Below, piece after piece: positions 1 through 11,770 of a DNA stretch of 64,000 bases. Within the stretch, counting starts at the first letter, position 1. Each line of letters starts with the position of its first letter. Below the pieces are notes generated by a model that was not told where the DNA came from, did no database searches, and was given only the letters and a program-made list of their open reading frames with translations. Both the position numbers and the translations under genes were made by a program. The DNA lies in assembly GCA_040954595.2 (NCBI GenBank), contig CM082579.2:8607625-8671624 (forward strand), written 5' to 3'. The stretch is from Balanoglossus misakiensis (lineage: Eukaryota; Animalia; Hemichordata).

Positions 1-73
1 TAGCACTTCCAGGAAAGCTAATATCTCAGGATATGTCACCGGTTGATGAGATCATTTTGATTGCCTCACTTAC

Positions 74-2421
74 TGCTGATCCTCATAGGCATGCCTACAA
101 TCAAACTGAGGGACGTAGGTTGCAGTCTGGTAGGTGCAGATACTCTGCAGACTGACATATGAGCCCCAAACTCCGGCTACGATGATAAGCAGCAAGGAAC
201 ACAAGAATGACCGGTGGTTTTCAGCTCCGATGCAGCTGTCAATCCTACGGAAACAGAGAAAAACACCACCTCTGGTTAAAGGCACGTAAGCTGCAACTGG
301 ATAAAAAATTAAAGTTTTAAATAATCTCATATATGCTTTTAATTATGTCTATTAAATGCTATTTCATGATAATATATCAAGCTCAACACTTATTTATGAC
401 AAAATGGCCAAAAATTAAAGAAAAACGAAAATTCCTACAATTTTAAAAAAAGTGCAATATTGCAATGAAAAATGAAAATCTGATGTATCAGTGGTGTACA
501 TTTACTTCCATGAGCTCAAGTGGATGAGATCATGTTTTGTTTATGAAGTTTCATAACCGGAAATGCAACATTTTCATTGTTTCTTGCATTTTCCCACGGT
601 GGCGGCCATAATCGCTTGCGGCAAAGCTTTATTATTTATCTGGTTAAAACTTGCATATGCACTCATATTTAGGGTTTATTATGCTTGTGTATAGTTCACT
701 GCCTTCATCTGCATGGACTAATGGTAGTGCAGTTTGAAACAAAAATTATGAAAATTATCCCAGAAGTTACAGCTTACGTGCCTTTAACTACAGTGGCACC
801 TAAGTCATTCTCTGATCTTGGAATACAGCTACACAGCTACTATTAATAAACAAAGTTTGGTTTTCTTAAAGTCTTTGACATAACTTGCTGGGGGGAATAG
901 TCCAATTCTGAAAACAACTTGAATTCTTACCACACACAATGATGATCCAGTGTTCGGACACAGTGCCTGCACACCTTGCAGTGTCCAGCTCTGGGTGGCC
1001 TGGTTATCCGACACACCTCGCACCAATTGTCTCCGTTCACATTATCAATGTTAACTGTAAATGAGTGACTCTGTTCACACAGCACTGTTTTATCGCCGGG
1101 TTTGCCGACCGAGGAGCCACAAGCTCTGGACACTGACGAGGTTCCTTCTCTGCGACTTGGTAGAAGCTCGTCGTACTGACCGCCGGAACCACTTCCGGGT
1201 GTCTGGCCGGACTTCCTGATGATCCCTGGATCCCGCTTGGAAAGGAAAAATGCCACGAACATGAGAAGTACTGTTGCCGCGATCCCGGCTAGCTCATACT
1301 CCGTCACATGGCCAAGCGGGACAACGCATCCAAAGAATATGACACCCAGGTAGACCACTGACACGAGCCCCCAGCTGTAGAAAAACCTGGTTCTGATTCT
1401 GAGTCTGGAGACCTGGCGAAAGTACAGCAGAGCGGCAAGAGGCAGGGTCACCAGCACCAGCACCGTCAGATAATAGTGCAAGGACGCTACGTACAGAGCC
1501 AGCGGGATGACAAAGACCGGAGGGAGGGCCGTAACGTCCGTCACTTCGTCAATTCTCCGGGCACCGCCGAGACACCACGGAATGCGCAGTCTGTCGCATG
1601 CCACTTCCCACACTCGGGTGAAATTCTCCACAGGGACTGGCTGGCACTTGATGAACCTGGTACAGGGATGGGGAGAAACACCTCTGTGAAATACATGTGC
1701 ATTGTACTCTGATCTGATCTGACCTTTAGTAGTTTGATGAATAACAATCAAGCTAATCGGTGTTGAAAGAAGGTGCATGAATATACATGTATTTGACAGC
1801 TGTACATACATGCTCATTATGATTATCATTACCGGTACATTTGCAATTACATGTTTTAATGCCGTCAAATTAAACTGCGTTTTCTAAAGCTGTGCCACAA
1901 AAGGGATTGTCTGTGGTGCCTTTGTACCTACAGAAAATTCAAAAGGACAGGTAGATTAATTTGACAAATTACGTAGTGAACTGGTATATTCCCTGGAATA
2001 CATTCAGAAATCATGATCAAGCGACCAGCGCTACAGCTGTACCGCCCTAAGTCGTACGCCACGGTTTTGGGACACTGTAGCTATGATGTGAAGTTGGAGA
2101 GGGGGGTCTGTCGAAAAAGCGTTGAACGTTTGGACAGTCAAGAAAATAAGCAACTGTAGTTCGGATATGGTTTCCTCGATCGCCAACAGTCGAGTGCACG
2201 CGCAAGTTGTCAACAGAATATTACTTCCGCAATGACAGCGGTAACACTCGATAGTTTCCACAAGATTAAATTCATAAATACCTGTCACATGTATCATCAA
2301 CAGCTTCACAGTCACAAAGGACGGCAAGAACGTGACTTTTTTCACCCTTGACATTCTTGTATTCGCAACAACACAGGGGTTCGCCAATATCGTCTGCACG
2401 AAGTTGACGTTCGACGACCAT
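74..2421 (-). CDS. ZDHHC23: DHHC palmitoyltransferase ZDHHC23-like (3' end beyond left edge)
   Basis: Exons complement(2282..2421, 931..1656, 74..244), GT-AG, phase-consistent. N-terminus MVVERQLRADDIGEPLCCCEYKNVKGEKSHVLAVLCDCEAVDDTCDR plus DRLRIPW matches the ZDHHC23-type N-terminus. DHHC-CRD: CEVCRITRPPRAGHCKVCRHCVRTLDHHCVW|IDSCIGAENHRSF. Confidence 0.93.
280..783. mobile_element. Non-autonomous DNA transposon, Kolobok-like (TTAA target site, AGG...CCT ends)
   Basis: TTAA at 276-279 and 784-787; terminal inverted repeats AGGCACGTAAGCTGCAACT / AGTTACAGCTTACGTGCCT; inside ZDHHC23 intron 2; related copies at 2498-2654 and 61736-62014. Confidence 0.8.
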
Positions 2422-2497
2422 CTTGAAAATGACGCCCTAAGTTGGTCAAAATTGTATGGCTTCAGACCCCCTATCTATATATCTATCTATCTATCAG

Positions 2498-2654
2498 CAT
2501 GGTCTCATCCACTAGAACTCATGGAAGTAAATGTACTCCGCGGCTGAGACACTACATTTTCATTTTCACTGCAATGTTGCACTTTCTGTTTTCCTTAATT
2601 TTTGGCCAATTTGTCATAAAACTATTTTTTTATCCAGTTGCCACTTATGTGCCT
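2498..2654. mobile_element. Partial inverted copy (left half) of the Kolobok-like element at 280-783
   Basis: Reverse complement aligns by eye to about 280-533 (CTCATGGAAGTAAATGTAC; TTTTTTATCCAGTTGCCACTTATGTGCCT). Confidence 0.75.
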
Positions 2655-2745
2655 TTATTGCACATGCTTGGGCTGACATCGCCCTAAATGTACACGAAAC
2701 AGACAGAAATGTGTGGAAAATTATCGAATCAAAGGTGATAAAAGT

Positions 2746-3376
2746 GGGATTTTCCATCACGTATGGTATTATGATCATCATTGGGATATTCATGATGTCG
2801 ACGACCTTATGACATCAGAATGGGGAAACCCCGAGATAGTTCGTAATGGCCGACATTACACTAGAAAACGCAGTGCGTATGAAAGACTATCTCCAGTCTT
2901 TTGCAGATTTAACGCACAAAACGGGTAAGTAGATTCTATAGTTTACATCCAGAATGTTCACAATGTTGCTGTGAGCAGATGGCGAGGAACAGAGTTCGAA
3001 ATTATGGTACGATAATGGTAGAATAGAGAAACAAATAGCGATGACGTATGTATAGACGTATATAGAGTTTGACGACGGAATTGACAATCTGAGTAGTTAA
3101 AAGGCGTTGTAAACATGGAAACCTTTATTTTACTTAAATGATATGCATCACGGTCTGTATTAGTAGTAATGTGAAGCCTTAATTTGAAAGCACATATACA
3201 AACGCTAAAATCTCTGTGTTTCACTTCGTGGTTTAAATACCCTAATGTTTGTAAACATAATGGCGTGATGACTCGCCGACGCAAACCGACCTTTCAGTGA
3301 ACCACCTACATCGTCTCAGAGACAGCCGTGATTTGCGCATGTGCGCGTCCTTGTCGATGATGTTATGGGAAACTCC
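2746..3376 (+). promoter_or_regulatory. Putative NF-kB sites upstream of the SPRY-NHR-ARM-RHIM gene
   Basis: GGGRNNYYCC matches: GGGATTTTCC 2746-2755, GGGAAACCCC 2823-2832, GGGAAACTCC 3367-3376. Strong donor GGG|GTAAGT near 2925 suggests a non-coding first exon. Confidence 0.5.
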
Positions 3377-3739
3377 CGAACTTTTGTACAGAAATGGGTT
3401 TCACTGCATGTTGTTTGACAAAAAAGCTATGGAAGTATTTGCTAATGATATAGGTCTAATCACAATTGCTTTAGGTGCTGAATGAAAGAACGAACAAACG
3501 AATGAATGAATGAATGCAAACATTTTATTTATTTATTTTTTATTTATCATTCACGGAAGTATTTGCTAATTATGATATAAGCTTAATCACGATCGCTTGG
3601 GGAGTGCTGAATAGATGAATGAATTAATGAATAAATGAAACATGAATATCTATCTATCTATTCAGTAAACATACGTACAGAGAACTTGAGCAGTAGTGAA
3701 GATACGAGGTGATGGGATCATTGCACCAGTGCCACCAAA

Positions 3740-6700
3740 ATGGAGCTCAGTCAAACTTATGCCGTGTTAGCTATAGGTAGCAGTGTAGATGATCAACGTC
3801 AGAATATGGCAATGTCCACGGACGACCCGATTTTCGCCCCGCCCGATTCACAGTGTCACGCTTGGGACTTCTCATCACCCACTGACTTTATCAATCCTTC
3901 CGACGATGGCGTGACAGCGGCGTTTCGGGCACGGCCCCTCCGGACCGGACTCATACGAGGCAAGGAATCGTACAGCAGCGGGACGCACGTGTTTGAGATC
4001 CACTGGCCGGAGGAGGGACGGGGTGAACACGCCTCTGTCGGAGTGACGACGGCGCTGCAGCAGCGCTCCTCCGAAGGGCAAACTGATCTCCTGGGGAGTT
4101 CGTCAGAGTCGTGGGGGCTGAACTTACATTGCGGCACTCTTCACCACGACGGCAGAATGGTGGGACAGTACGACGGGGGCAACCTGTTCCCGCACACCTT
4201 CTTTATTCACCTTGACGCTGACGCTGGTACAGTCAGGTGAGATTCACCATGCTTCTCCGTCGGTCGCCCCCCCCCCCTCCACTGTGATTAAAATAAAATG
4301 ATTTCAGCCCGGACTTCAATTCTAATAACAACATTCACAGTGTTTTCTATAAATCTGCTAACATATGCAAGCTGAAAAGTTTGTGACAGGTCCTGAAGAT
4401 TATTCGGCTGGAAATGCAATCCATTGATTGAAGGACCCTAGTTTTCTGGACTCTTTACAGCCGATTTAAATTAGAATGGGTTCATTCCGTGTCGTGTAAA
4501 TTCGGTCTAAATAATTGTATCTTCTCTATCTCATCCAGTTTCATGGCGAACGGGAGGAACCTCGGAGTGGCCTTCAGCGACCTGCCACACACTACTGTTC
4601 GACCGCTCTTCGTTGCCGCGAGCACCACGAACCAATACGAGTGTGCTATACGGATGAGGTATCTTGGCGACGGAGGTCAGTGGTCTCTGATCAGATGTTG
4701 GTTTAAAAAAATCAGGAGTCGCAATTTCCACTATCGTGTTATTGAGAATGTCCTGTTTTGTCGCTTAATTTAAGTAGGTACTTTCTGGGTTTTCAAACAA
4801 TATCCACAGATGCCGTCGTACCGGTGGAAATTATCAACCAGTCACCACTGTTGTACAGATCGCCGTGCACACCCGACTATACTTTCCATCCTCGGTGCGG
4901 GCGGAACATCGAAATTGTTGATGCCGGAACGACGGCCGAGAAGGTCAACGAAGAGTATGTTGCTCGCCACAGTACTAAAATCTAGTCAGATTATTCATTT
5001 CCGAAAATATTGCCATCACACGTTGGCAGTCATAATAACTGCAAAATAAAAACGGGATTTAAAATAGATTGTGTTGCTATTGACGACAAAACTCGGCGGC
5101 GGTTTTATAAGATATTTGATTTATTCGGTCAGGTTATAACCGTTTATCTATAACGTCTTCTTGTCCCAATTAGTAATCGAGTTCCATTTTTCGCTCAGAA
5201 TGTTCAACAATGCGGTAGCTTTAACGAGCCAACCGCTTGAGGTGGACCACCCGTTCGAGGTCAGGTCGGTTTCGAAGACGAGACGAGGCTGGAAAGGCAG
5301 CATCAGGATTGGATTCACGACGCTCTCTCCGCAGACAATGTGCTTCCCGTCGGACATCAAAGAGTGTTCCGAGGGACTGACCTATGTCTGGTGTGGCAGG
5401 CAGCTCTTCAAGAACGGTAACTTGGTGAGCGGAGCGCTGGACTTCGATTTGACGTCGTGCCAGGTACAACTTTTCAAGTCTTTTTTCCGTAGATAGAAAA
5501 TTCTTCTTCGTTTGCAGTTTGGGCGCGGATTACCAGGGAAAACCCAAATCAGAAAAAAAATGAACGGCGGCTTTCTTGGAATATTTACATATTTTATTAT
5601 GATATTACCCACTGACTGTTTCAGGTTGGTGACACGGTCGGCATATTGCTGACAGAGGACGGCTCTGTGCTTTTCTCCCACAACGGGCGATATCTTGACA
5701 CGTGCCTTGTGGCTTTCAAGCGTCCGTCACAGGTGTATGGGGTGGTGGATTTTTCTGGGCCAGTAAAAAGCGTTTCAATCACAGGTATGTCATTTCAATT
5801 TCTGGGCGATACAATAAACGAATAGAAACGATTGTATTTGTAAAAAAACTAGATGTTCGGAGAAATCAACAGGTCCTCCGCCATGTCAAGCTTATGCGCA
5901 AGCGCAGCGTCTTCGCCAGCCAATCTCTGTTGCCGGTTGGGGAATTCTCTTTATACTACATTTTGTACTAATTAACTTGTATGGGAGACAGTCCACACTA
6001 GATGTAGATGTGCAAATACCGTTAAAGGGGTGCCGTGATATCGCAGTGGCAAATATGAATATTCATTGACATACTGTCTACGGTATATTTGTATGCACAG
6101 CCTACCTATAAATATTACTACGAAAAAACATTTGTGGCTTTTTTGACCAATAGAAATACATTTCTGTTCCAGACGATGCCTTGGTTACGCCTGTCGTTTG
6201 CCGTTACACTGGCTCGTCAACCACTACCGCCAGCGGTAACGCGATTGAGGACTGCATGGAAGCTGCGGTGGACAGACTGATGAGAAGAAAAGCCAGCACT
6301 GGCTCCCTGGAGGAGCAATTCCGCGACATCGAATACTTAATGCGCCCCTTGGCAGGCCAGACCCCGCCAGAAGTTCAGCGGCGCTTTGGGGCCCTGCTGG
6401 TGGGTCGCGGAGTGGCAGGGGCGCTGGCAGACCTGCTTCGCGTCCTGCACAAGGGAGACGCCAAGTCCAAAGTGACGCTGCGGGGGCTTGATCTGGTGAG
6501 CCGATTCTGTTGCGAGTACACCAGCGTCAGTCCGGAAATGTGCAGAAGCATCGTGGAAAGCCCGCTGCTGGGCTTGCTGAAGCAGGAATTTCACGGATAC
6601 TGGTCACGGGGGGAGCTTCTGACGAAAGTACTCAGAAACATAAAGATGTATGACTGTACACCTGGTAAGAAATTACTGGTTGTAGATTGTGGCACGGATG

Positions 6701-7173
6701 TGCTAAAATTGATTGCATTATTTGAAGGGATATAGGAATGAAGGCAATCGTAAAAAGAATGTTTCCGGGGGGAGGGGGTTGTCTCGAGAAACCGGTCGTC
6801 CAGTGTAGCATTTGATTGACTGACCGACTGAATGAATGAATCAATGAATGAACGAACGAACGAACGAACGAATGAATGAATGAATGGCCGATTTCAGATT
6901 ATGTCAAAACTACGGGAATGACAAAAACAATTGTCTAAGTATCTCATTTTTGAGTCTCGCGTTCGTGTTATGTTTTATACAGGTTCTCATACAAGATCCG
7001 AGAATAGACCAGAAGCTGATTCGACGAACGGAAACCGCCGAACATTCCCCGAGGCAGAGACGAGCTCGCCACAGGTGGTATTTAACCACCACCATCACAG
7101 CACCCACTACAATATCAACGGCTGTTCAATCGTACAGATTGGTAACAACAACGTTACTGTCCAGGCTTCGTGA
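3740..7173 (+). CDS. Multidomain protein: SPSB-type SPRY + neuralized homology repeat (NHR) + truncated ARM-like helical region + C-terminal RHIM (about 628 aa)
   Basis: join(3740..4236,4539..4675,4810..4954,5199..5463,5625..5784,6173..6664,6983..7173)=1887 nt, all GT-AG, open frame. SPRY: IRGKESYSSGTHVFEIHWP..RGEHASVGV..LLGSSSESWG..LGVAF..MRYLG. NHR: FHPRCGRNIEI..FNNAVALTSQPL..WKGSIRIGFTT..VGDTVG..VYGVVDFSGPVKSVSI. Tail: YNINGCSIVQIGNNNVTV. Confidence 0.85.
6826..6885. repeat. (GAAT)n/(GAAC)n microsatellite
   Basis: gaatgaatgaatcaatgaatgaacgaacgaacgaacgaacgaatgaatgaatgaat in the last intron; a similar tract at about 3480-3515. Confidence 0.85.
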
Positions 7174-8484
7174 TATACGTGTATGGACGTTTTCCAGCGA
7201 TACATACGATCAGTAGGCTCGACTTTGCGGACACCTTTCGTGAGACCTTCAGTGTTGAAATATTGAACGGTAGATTATTTGACGTCAAGATTTATCACAA
7301 CTTTATTATCTTTCCGTGAGAGAGTATTTTGATCCTTTCGTGAAGGACTTATCTCTCTGCCCAGTCCCAAACGAATTAATCTTCTTGTATAGTATGTGTC
7401 AAATGTTATGAAAACGTATTCCTTTAACGTCTTTTGATCATGGCTGTGTCTTATGCCCCGCCAGCCATGCATTCTTTGCTATACGATTGTACTGTTTACT
7501 GAAATTAATCACTTGTGTTGTCATGCTGACCTGGGCATGTTTGGTTTACCACCCACCAGTTATATAGGGATGTAGTAGTACAGGGTACCAACCAGAAGTT
7601 GTGTTAGAAAGTGGGTCATATGACGTAGCCCAGAGACGCGATTTATGGTATAAATTTAGAAATATCTCATTCAGTTTCAAACGCAACAATCCTAGCAGCT
7701 GATATTAGCTTAATGGTAATATTGCTTTTAATAGTCAGGACGCACATAAAGGCGACGTTCTTTGTCAGTTTTATCTAAAAGCATATTCATTAACTGGATA
7801 ACGTGTTCAATCATGGAAAACAATGGTTTTTCACCAAATTAACATTTAATGTCAACGAGAATGAAAGTTGGAACCAGGGATTGAAAATTGCGAGGCCATC
7901 TCGTTTGGTCAGTAAGTGGATAGCTGAAATAATTATATCACACTTAATTAATGAGCAGAGTAATTATAATATAATATATGACTTTTTATCACATTATTTA
8001 TGTATTACATGTATGTATTTTTTAAGACAAGACATTTTGTGTATGTTTAATTGATGACGTCTACGTCAAACGAGACGCACCAAGACATGTGTGAGTGATG
8101 TTTATTGAGTAGGAATTCTCAAAGAGACAGATACAGACAGACTACAGTGAAGGACGAAATCGTGAATAAACACGGATTTGATATTTCTCAAGATTTTTAC
8201 AACCTTTCAGGGTTTTTTGCAAGTGACTTTAAGTGTGAAAGTTTATATGTGCATATTCCTTTTATTTTGTATGTTGCTTCTTTATAAGTCGCAAATAAAA
8301 CCTGTGGAAGACAAGATAACGTTGTTCCATTGCATTGTCTTGTTATTGTGATACCATGTATACTAACTTTTATTTGTGCAACGTCATCACATCTCGTCGT
8401 TGCAACACACGGTGTTTTTGGTGTGTTTAAGTCGTTCTTCCTCTGTTTATAACAATGTGTGGTAGGGACATACCCCTATTCTCA

Positions 8485-8504
8485 TGACGTCAGAGGGGAT
8501 TCCC
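8485..8504 (+). promoter_or_regulatory. Adjacent CRE/ATF and NF-kB sites
   Basis: TGACGTCA (8485-8492), then 2 bp, then GGGGATTCCC (8495-8504); just downstream of the previous gene's AATAAA (about 8295). Confidence 0.45.
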
Positions 8505-9110
8505 TGTTTATGTTAATCGTCGGGTCTGCGGGTCCTCTGTAATAAAACCGGGTCTTGTATGTTATACGTATGACACATATAGTTTTTGAATGGAATGGTT
8601 CTGTTTGACGAGGAGTAGTGTTATTTAGACGAACATGCACAAAAAGACTGGAAAGGCCTTATTTGACTCTATGGCTGCATCGTGTTCCACCCCTGGTTTC
8701 CAAATGGTACATCTCATTGAATCCATTTCCTATGACGTTAAGGGTTTTCCCCCCGAGAATGGCAAGGACCACATGGCAGTAGCGAAAGTAAAAATACAAC
8801 ATTTCCATTCTGATAAACACTGGAGGTAAACCTGCCACACACAGGCGTTCGGCTTTAAAAGGTAAGATGTTATAATACTGGGCAAGTAGGCCCGCATATT
8901 ATATTTTGGCCATCTGGGCAAACGTGAGACTCTCTTCGCTATACATTGACGATAGCCGTCCAGTTTGTCAGCTACAAAGACTTTAAGGCGGGAAGGTTGA
9001 GGGACTTGTGCGCATTGTGTGTGCTGCTACAGGCAACGAAATTCTGCATTGCCACCTGAAGTCGCTAACATTTGGCAGTATTTCCGTTGTCTCTGTTTCA
9101 CAGTTGTACC

Positions 9111-9195
9111 CAATCTGATTAAAATCAGATATAGAGTTGGGTCGCTCTTTAATATTTGGATAGAGCCAACTCTACATCTGATCGTAATCAGACTG
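9111..9195. mobile_element. Foldback MITE, family with CAATCTGATTAAAATCAGAT termini (shortest copy)
   Basis: Hairpin CAATCTGATTAAAATCAGATATAGAGTTGG...CCAACTCTACATCTGATCGTAATCAGACTG; degenerate flanking duplication AGTTGTACC/AGTTGTTAC. Confidence 0.7.
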
Positions 9196-9451
9196 AGTTG
9201 TTACTCTATACCGACAGGTTCCCCGGATGTCAACACAGCTCAACTCACATCCTGCATATTTTGTTTTCAGCTTCTCTGGATTCCATTATCTGTAGTTGTA
9301 TTGACCAATATAAACCGTTCTCTGCCATCCAGGTTTCGTATGATCGCACGCCTCTAACACTCAACCACTGTACAGTTTAATAGTACATGTATTTCATTTT
9401 CGACATTTTCCTGCAAAAAAAAAACACAGCAGGGTCAAAAGTCAGCGAAAT

Positions 9452-9489
9452 GGAAAATACCCACTCTTTGCATAAAGGGGAAAGTCCCC
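9452..9489 (-). promoter_or_regulatory. Canonical NF-kB site upstream of the DED gene
   Basis: GGAAAGTCCC at 9479-9488 is GGGACTTTCC on the minus strand; a near-site GGAAAATACCC at 9452-9462; about 270 bp before the ATG at 9757. Confidence 0.55.
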
Positions 9490-9756
9490 TTGTGTGAATA
9501 GAGTGTTGCCTCATGGCATGAATGCAAGGGAATTTTTGAAGGGAATAACTGACTTCATCATTGGTTCAACGAAAATTGCCAAACAGTTCACAGTCAAAGA
9601 GATCTACAACAAAGACGGGAACAGTGTATATATAGGCCTATGTACGTCAAGAATATTAATGTTTGTTATTTAAAGATATTTCTCCTGGCCACCTCACTTT
9701 GAATAATCTTTATCGTTTTCAGATCATTTAGCTGCAGTTTGTGACACTGACGAAAA

Positions 9757-10892
9757 ATGAGCTTCAACCCGCTGGGCAAACTGTACAAACACCTGGACGA
9801 GAACTTGAAGCGGGCGGACGTCAACGCCATGAAGACGCTGCTGCGGAACAATCACCTGCCGAAGCGCGACGCCGAAAATCTGCAGACGGCTGCGCAGATA
9901 TTCGAATACTTGGAAGACAGGGGCGTCATCGGGGAAGACGACCTGAGTTTCTTGAAGACGCTGCTCAGGGAGATCGACCGGGAACCGTTGATAAGAGCCG
10001 TTGAACGCTATGAGAGGGAGGCGGGTTTAGATCCGGGTAAGTGTCGTTCTCATCTCGGTGTGCAGACGTCACCAGAACATTGGCAAAGTATGCAAACGAT
10101 TGGTTCGGGAGACAGCGACGGGAAATGGTGGAGAATCCCGTTGTAACAAAGATTTGCCATAAATAACAGTTAGAGCCTCTGGCAGATGAAACATTGAACG
10201 ACTGATAAGTAACCGGGGTATAGCTGATAATTGTGTCAGGCGTATGTGCAGTATTTAGAGGGAATCCTACATGATGTATTTGCAGCCAGCGACATAAAAT
10301 GCCTTGATGACTCGAACACGCTGTTATGGCATTAGAGGGCGCACAGCTTAAACTCATAGCATATGCATGACCCTTTCCCATCATCACACAGTCCTCCGTT
10401 TGTGTTTTCCCCATAGTCAGTGGTGCTGCAAATGTCTATCAAGAAACTCACGATTCGATGAAACCGAAATTCATATCATCCCCACCTGCTGTCACAAACA
10501 TCGACGATTTACTTGCAGAAATCTTGAACTCTGTCAGAGGTTCTAAGGGCCAGGTAGGTTATCTTGACCAGAACACATTAAAATGAATTTATAATGTACA
10601 GGGGAACTACTATACAGTATACATACATACATACATACATACATATTCTGATTTGCTTCCTAATACAATTTGTAATATGTATATACAGATTTGTATTAAA
10701 GGGCGTGATATCTCATACAAAGCTAGAGGAAGGATACATGGATGGGACGATCCCTGGGTGTACGACGCATGGGCGATGGATCTGGCGACTAAACACGAAG
10801 AGAAAGCCAGTCACTACCGGGATGAAAGCGACGCCGTCAGGGCAGCCATACGGAGACTGGTGGACCATCTGAAATCGAAGGGTTTTCTGTGA
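9757..10892 (+). CDS. Death effector domain (DED) protein with a C-terminal domain of unknown function (about 206 aa)
   Basis: join(9757..10036,10417..10553,10689..10892)=621 nt, phase-consistent. DED pattern LYKHLDENLKRADVNAMKTLL..LPKRDAENLQTAAQIFEYLEDRGVIGEDDLSFLKTLLREIDREPLIRAVERYE. No death domain or caspase domain follows. AATAAA near 11554. Confidence 0.85.
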
Positions 10893-11770
10893 CATCTTCG
10901 ACTTCGTTCGGGTGCCCACAGCTCACTGTGCCGTTGATGTGGTGTCGGTGGCCGGGGTGACCAGGACGATGTTCGTTCCGATCGATGAAATCATTAGCTT
11001 CAAATATGAAAGCAATGGTGTATTTGCATGCTCTATTTATGGGTCACGTAAAACGGGTCTTTATTTATCAGTTATAGTTCTCTATTTCATAGTAAACTTT
11101 AGGTGAGGTTATTTGGCAAGCTTAGTAAACATGTAATTATGATTTTCACAACGGTGATGATGTGGCTATCCTCGGAAGATTCAAGGACCCCTTATTATCA
11201 TTTTTAAATTTAAGCAAATATACTCGATTTTCCTTAACAAAAGACGGGCAAATTTTAAGACATGTCATTTAGAAGAGTTCTTTTTTAAACATTGACAGTT
11301 TACAAATTACATGCATCGCCAGGACCCATGAAATCACAACGCATTTTGATCGGAACAAACTCGTTCAGCGCCCTCCGTCGACGCAATATCAAGCGGCCCA
11401 GCTCAGCTCGAGTAGTCTTGGTGCGCGTGCGTGTGAATACATGTACAATGTATACCAAAATAACATCAACTTTGGTGCTTCCTTCACCATTTTATGTCAT
11501 AGGTCATTGCCTGAATCATAATCTGTCATCTATAAACTTTTTGTTAGAACTTTAATAAACTTGATGTGAGATGTTAAAGCCTCAAACATTTTAACTGTTG
11601 TGTTGCTTTCGATATTTTTGATATTTGTGTCAACTGCAGTTTCTTATTCGACTGCCTAAAGCGTGACGACATGCCAACGACACGTGTTGGCGGACAATGA
11701 CATGTGGTCATTTCATTCACAGTAGAAGTGACCCCAAATAAGCCCATTGCGTATTCTCGGGTAAGCGTAA

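Noticed and set aside
1657-1868. N-terminal part of the 313-aa ORF 927..1868
   Set aside because: Intron read-through; the acceptor is at 1657 and the conserved CCCEY exon lies at 2282-2421.
6884-7216. 110-aa ORF (VLIQDPRIDQK..) as the last exon frame of the SPRY-NHR gene
   Set aside because: Needs the weak donor at 6627; the strong donor at 6664 selects the RHIM frame. Kept only as a possible minor isoform.
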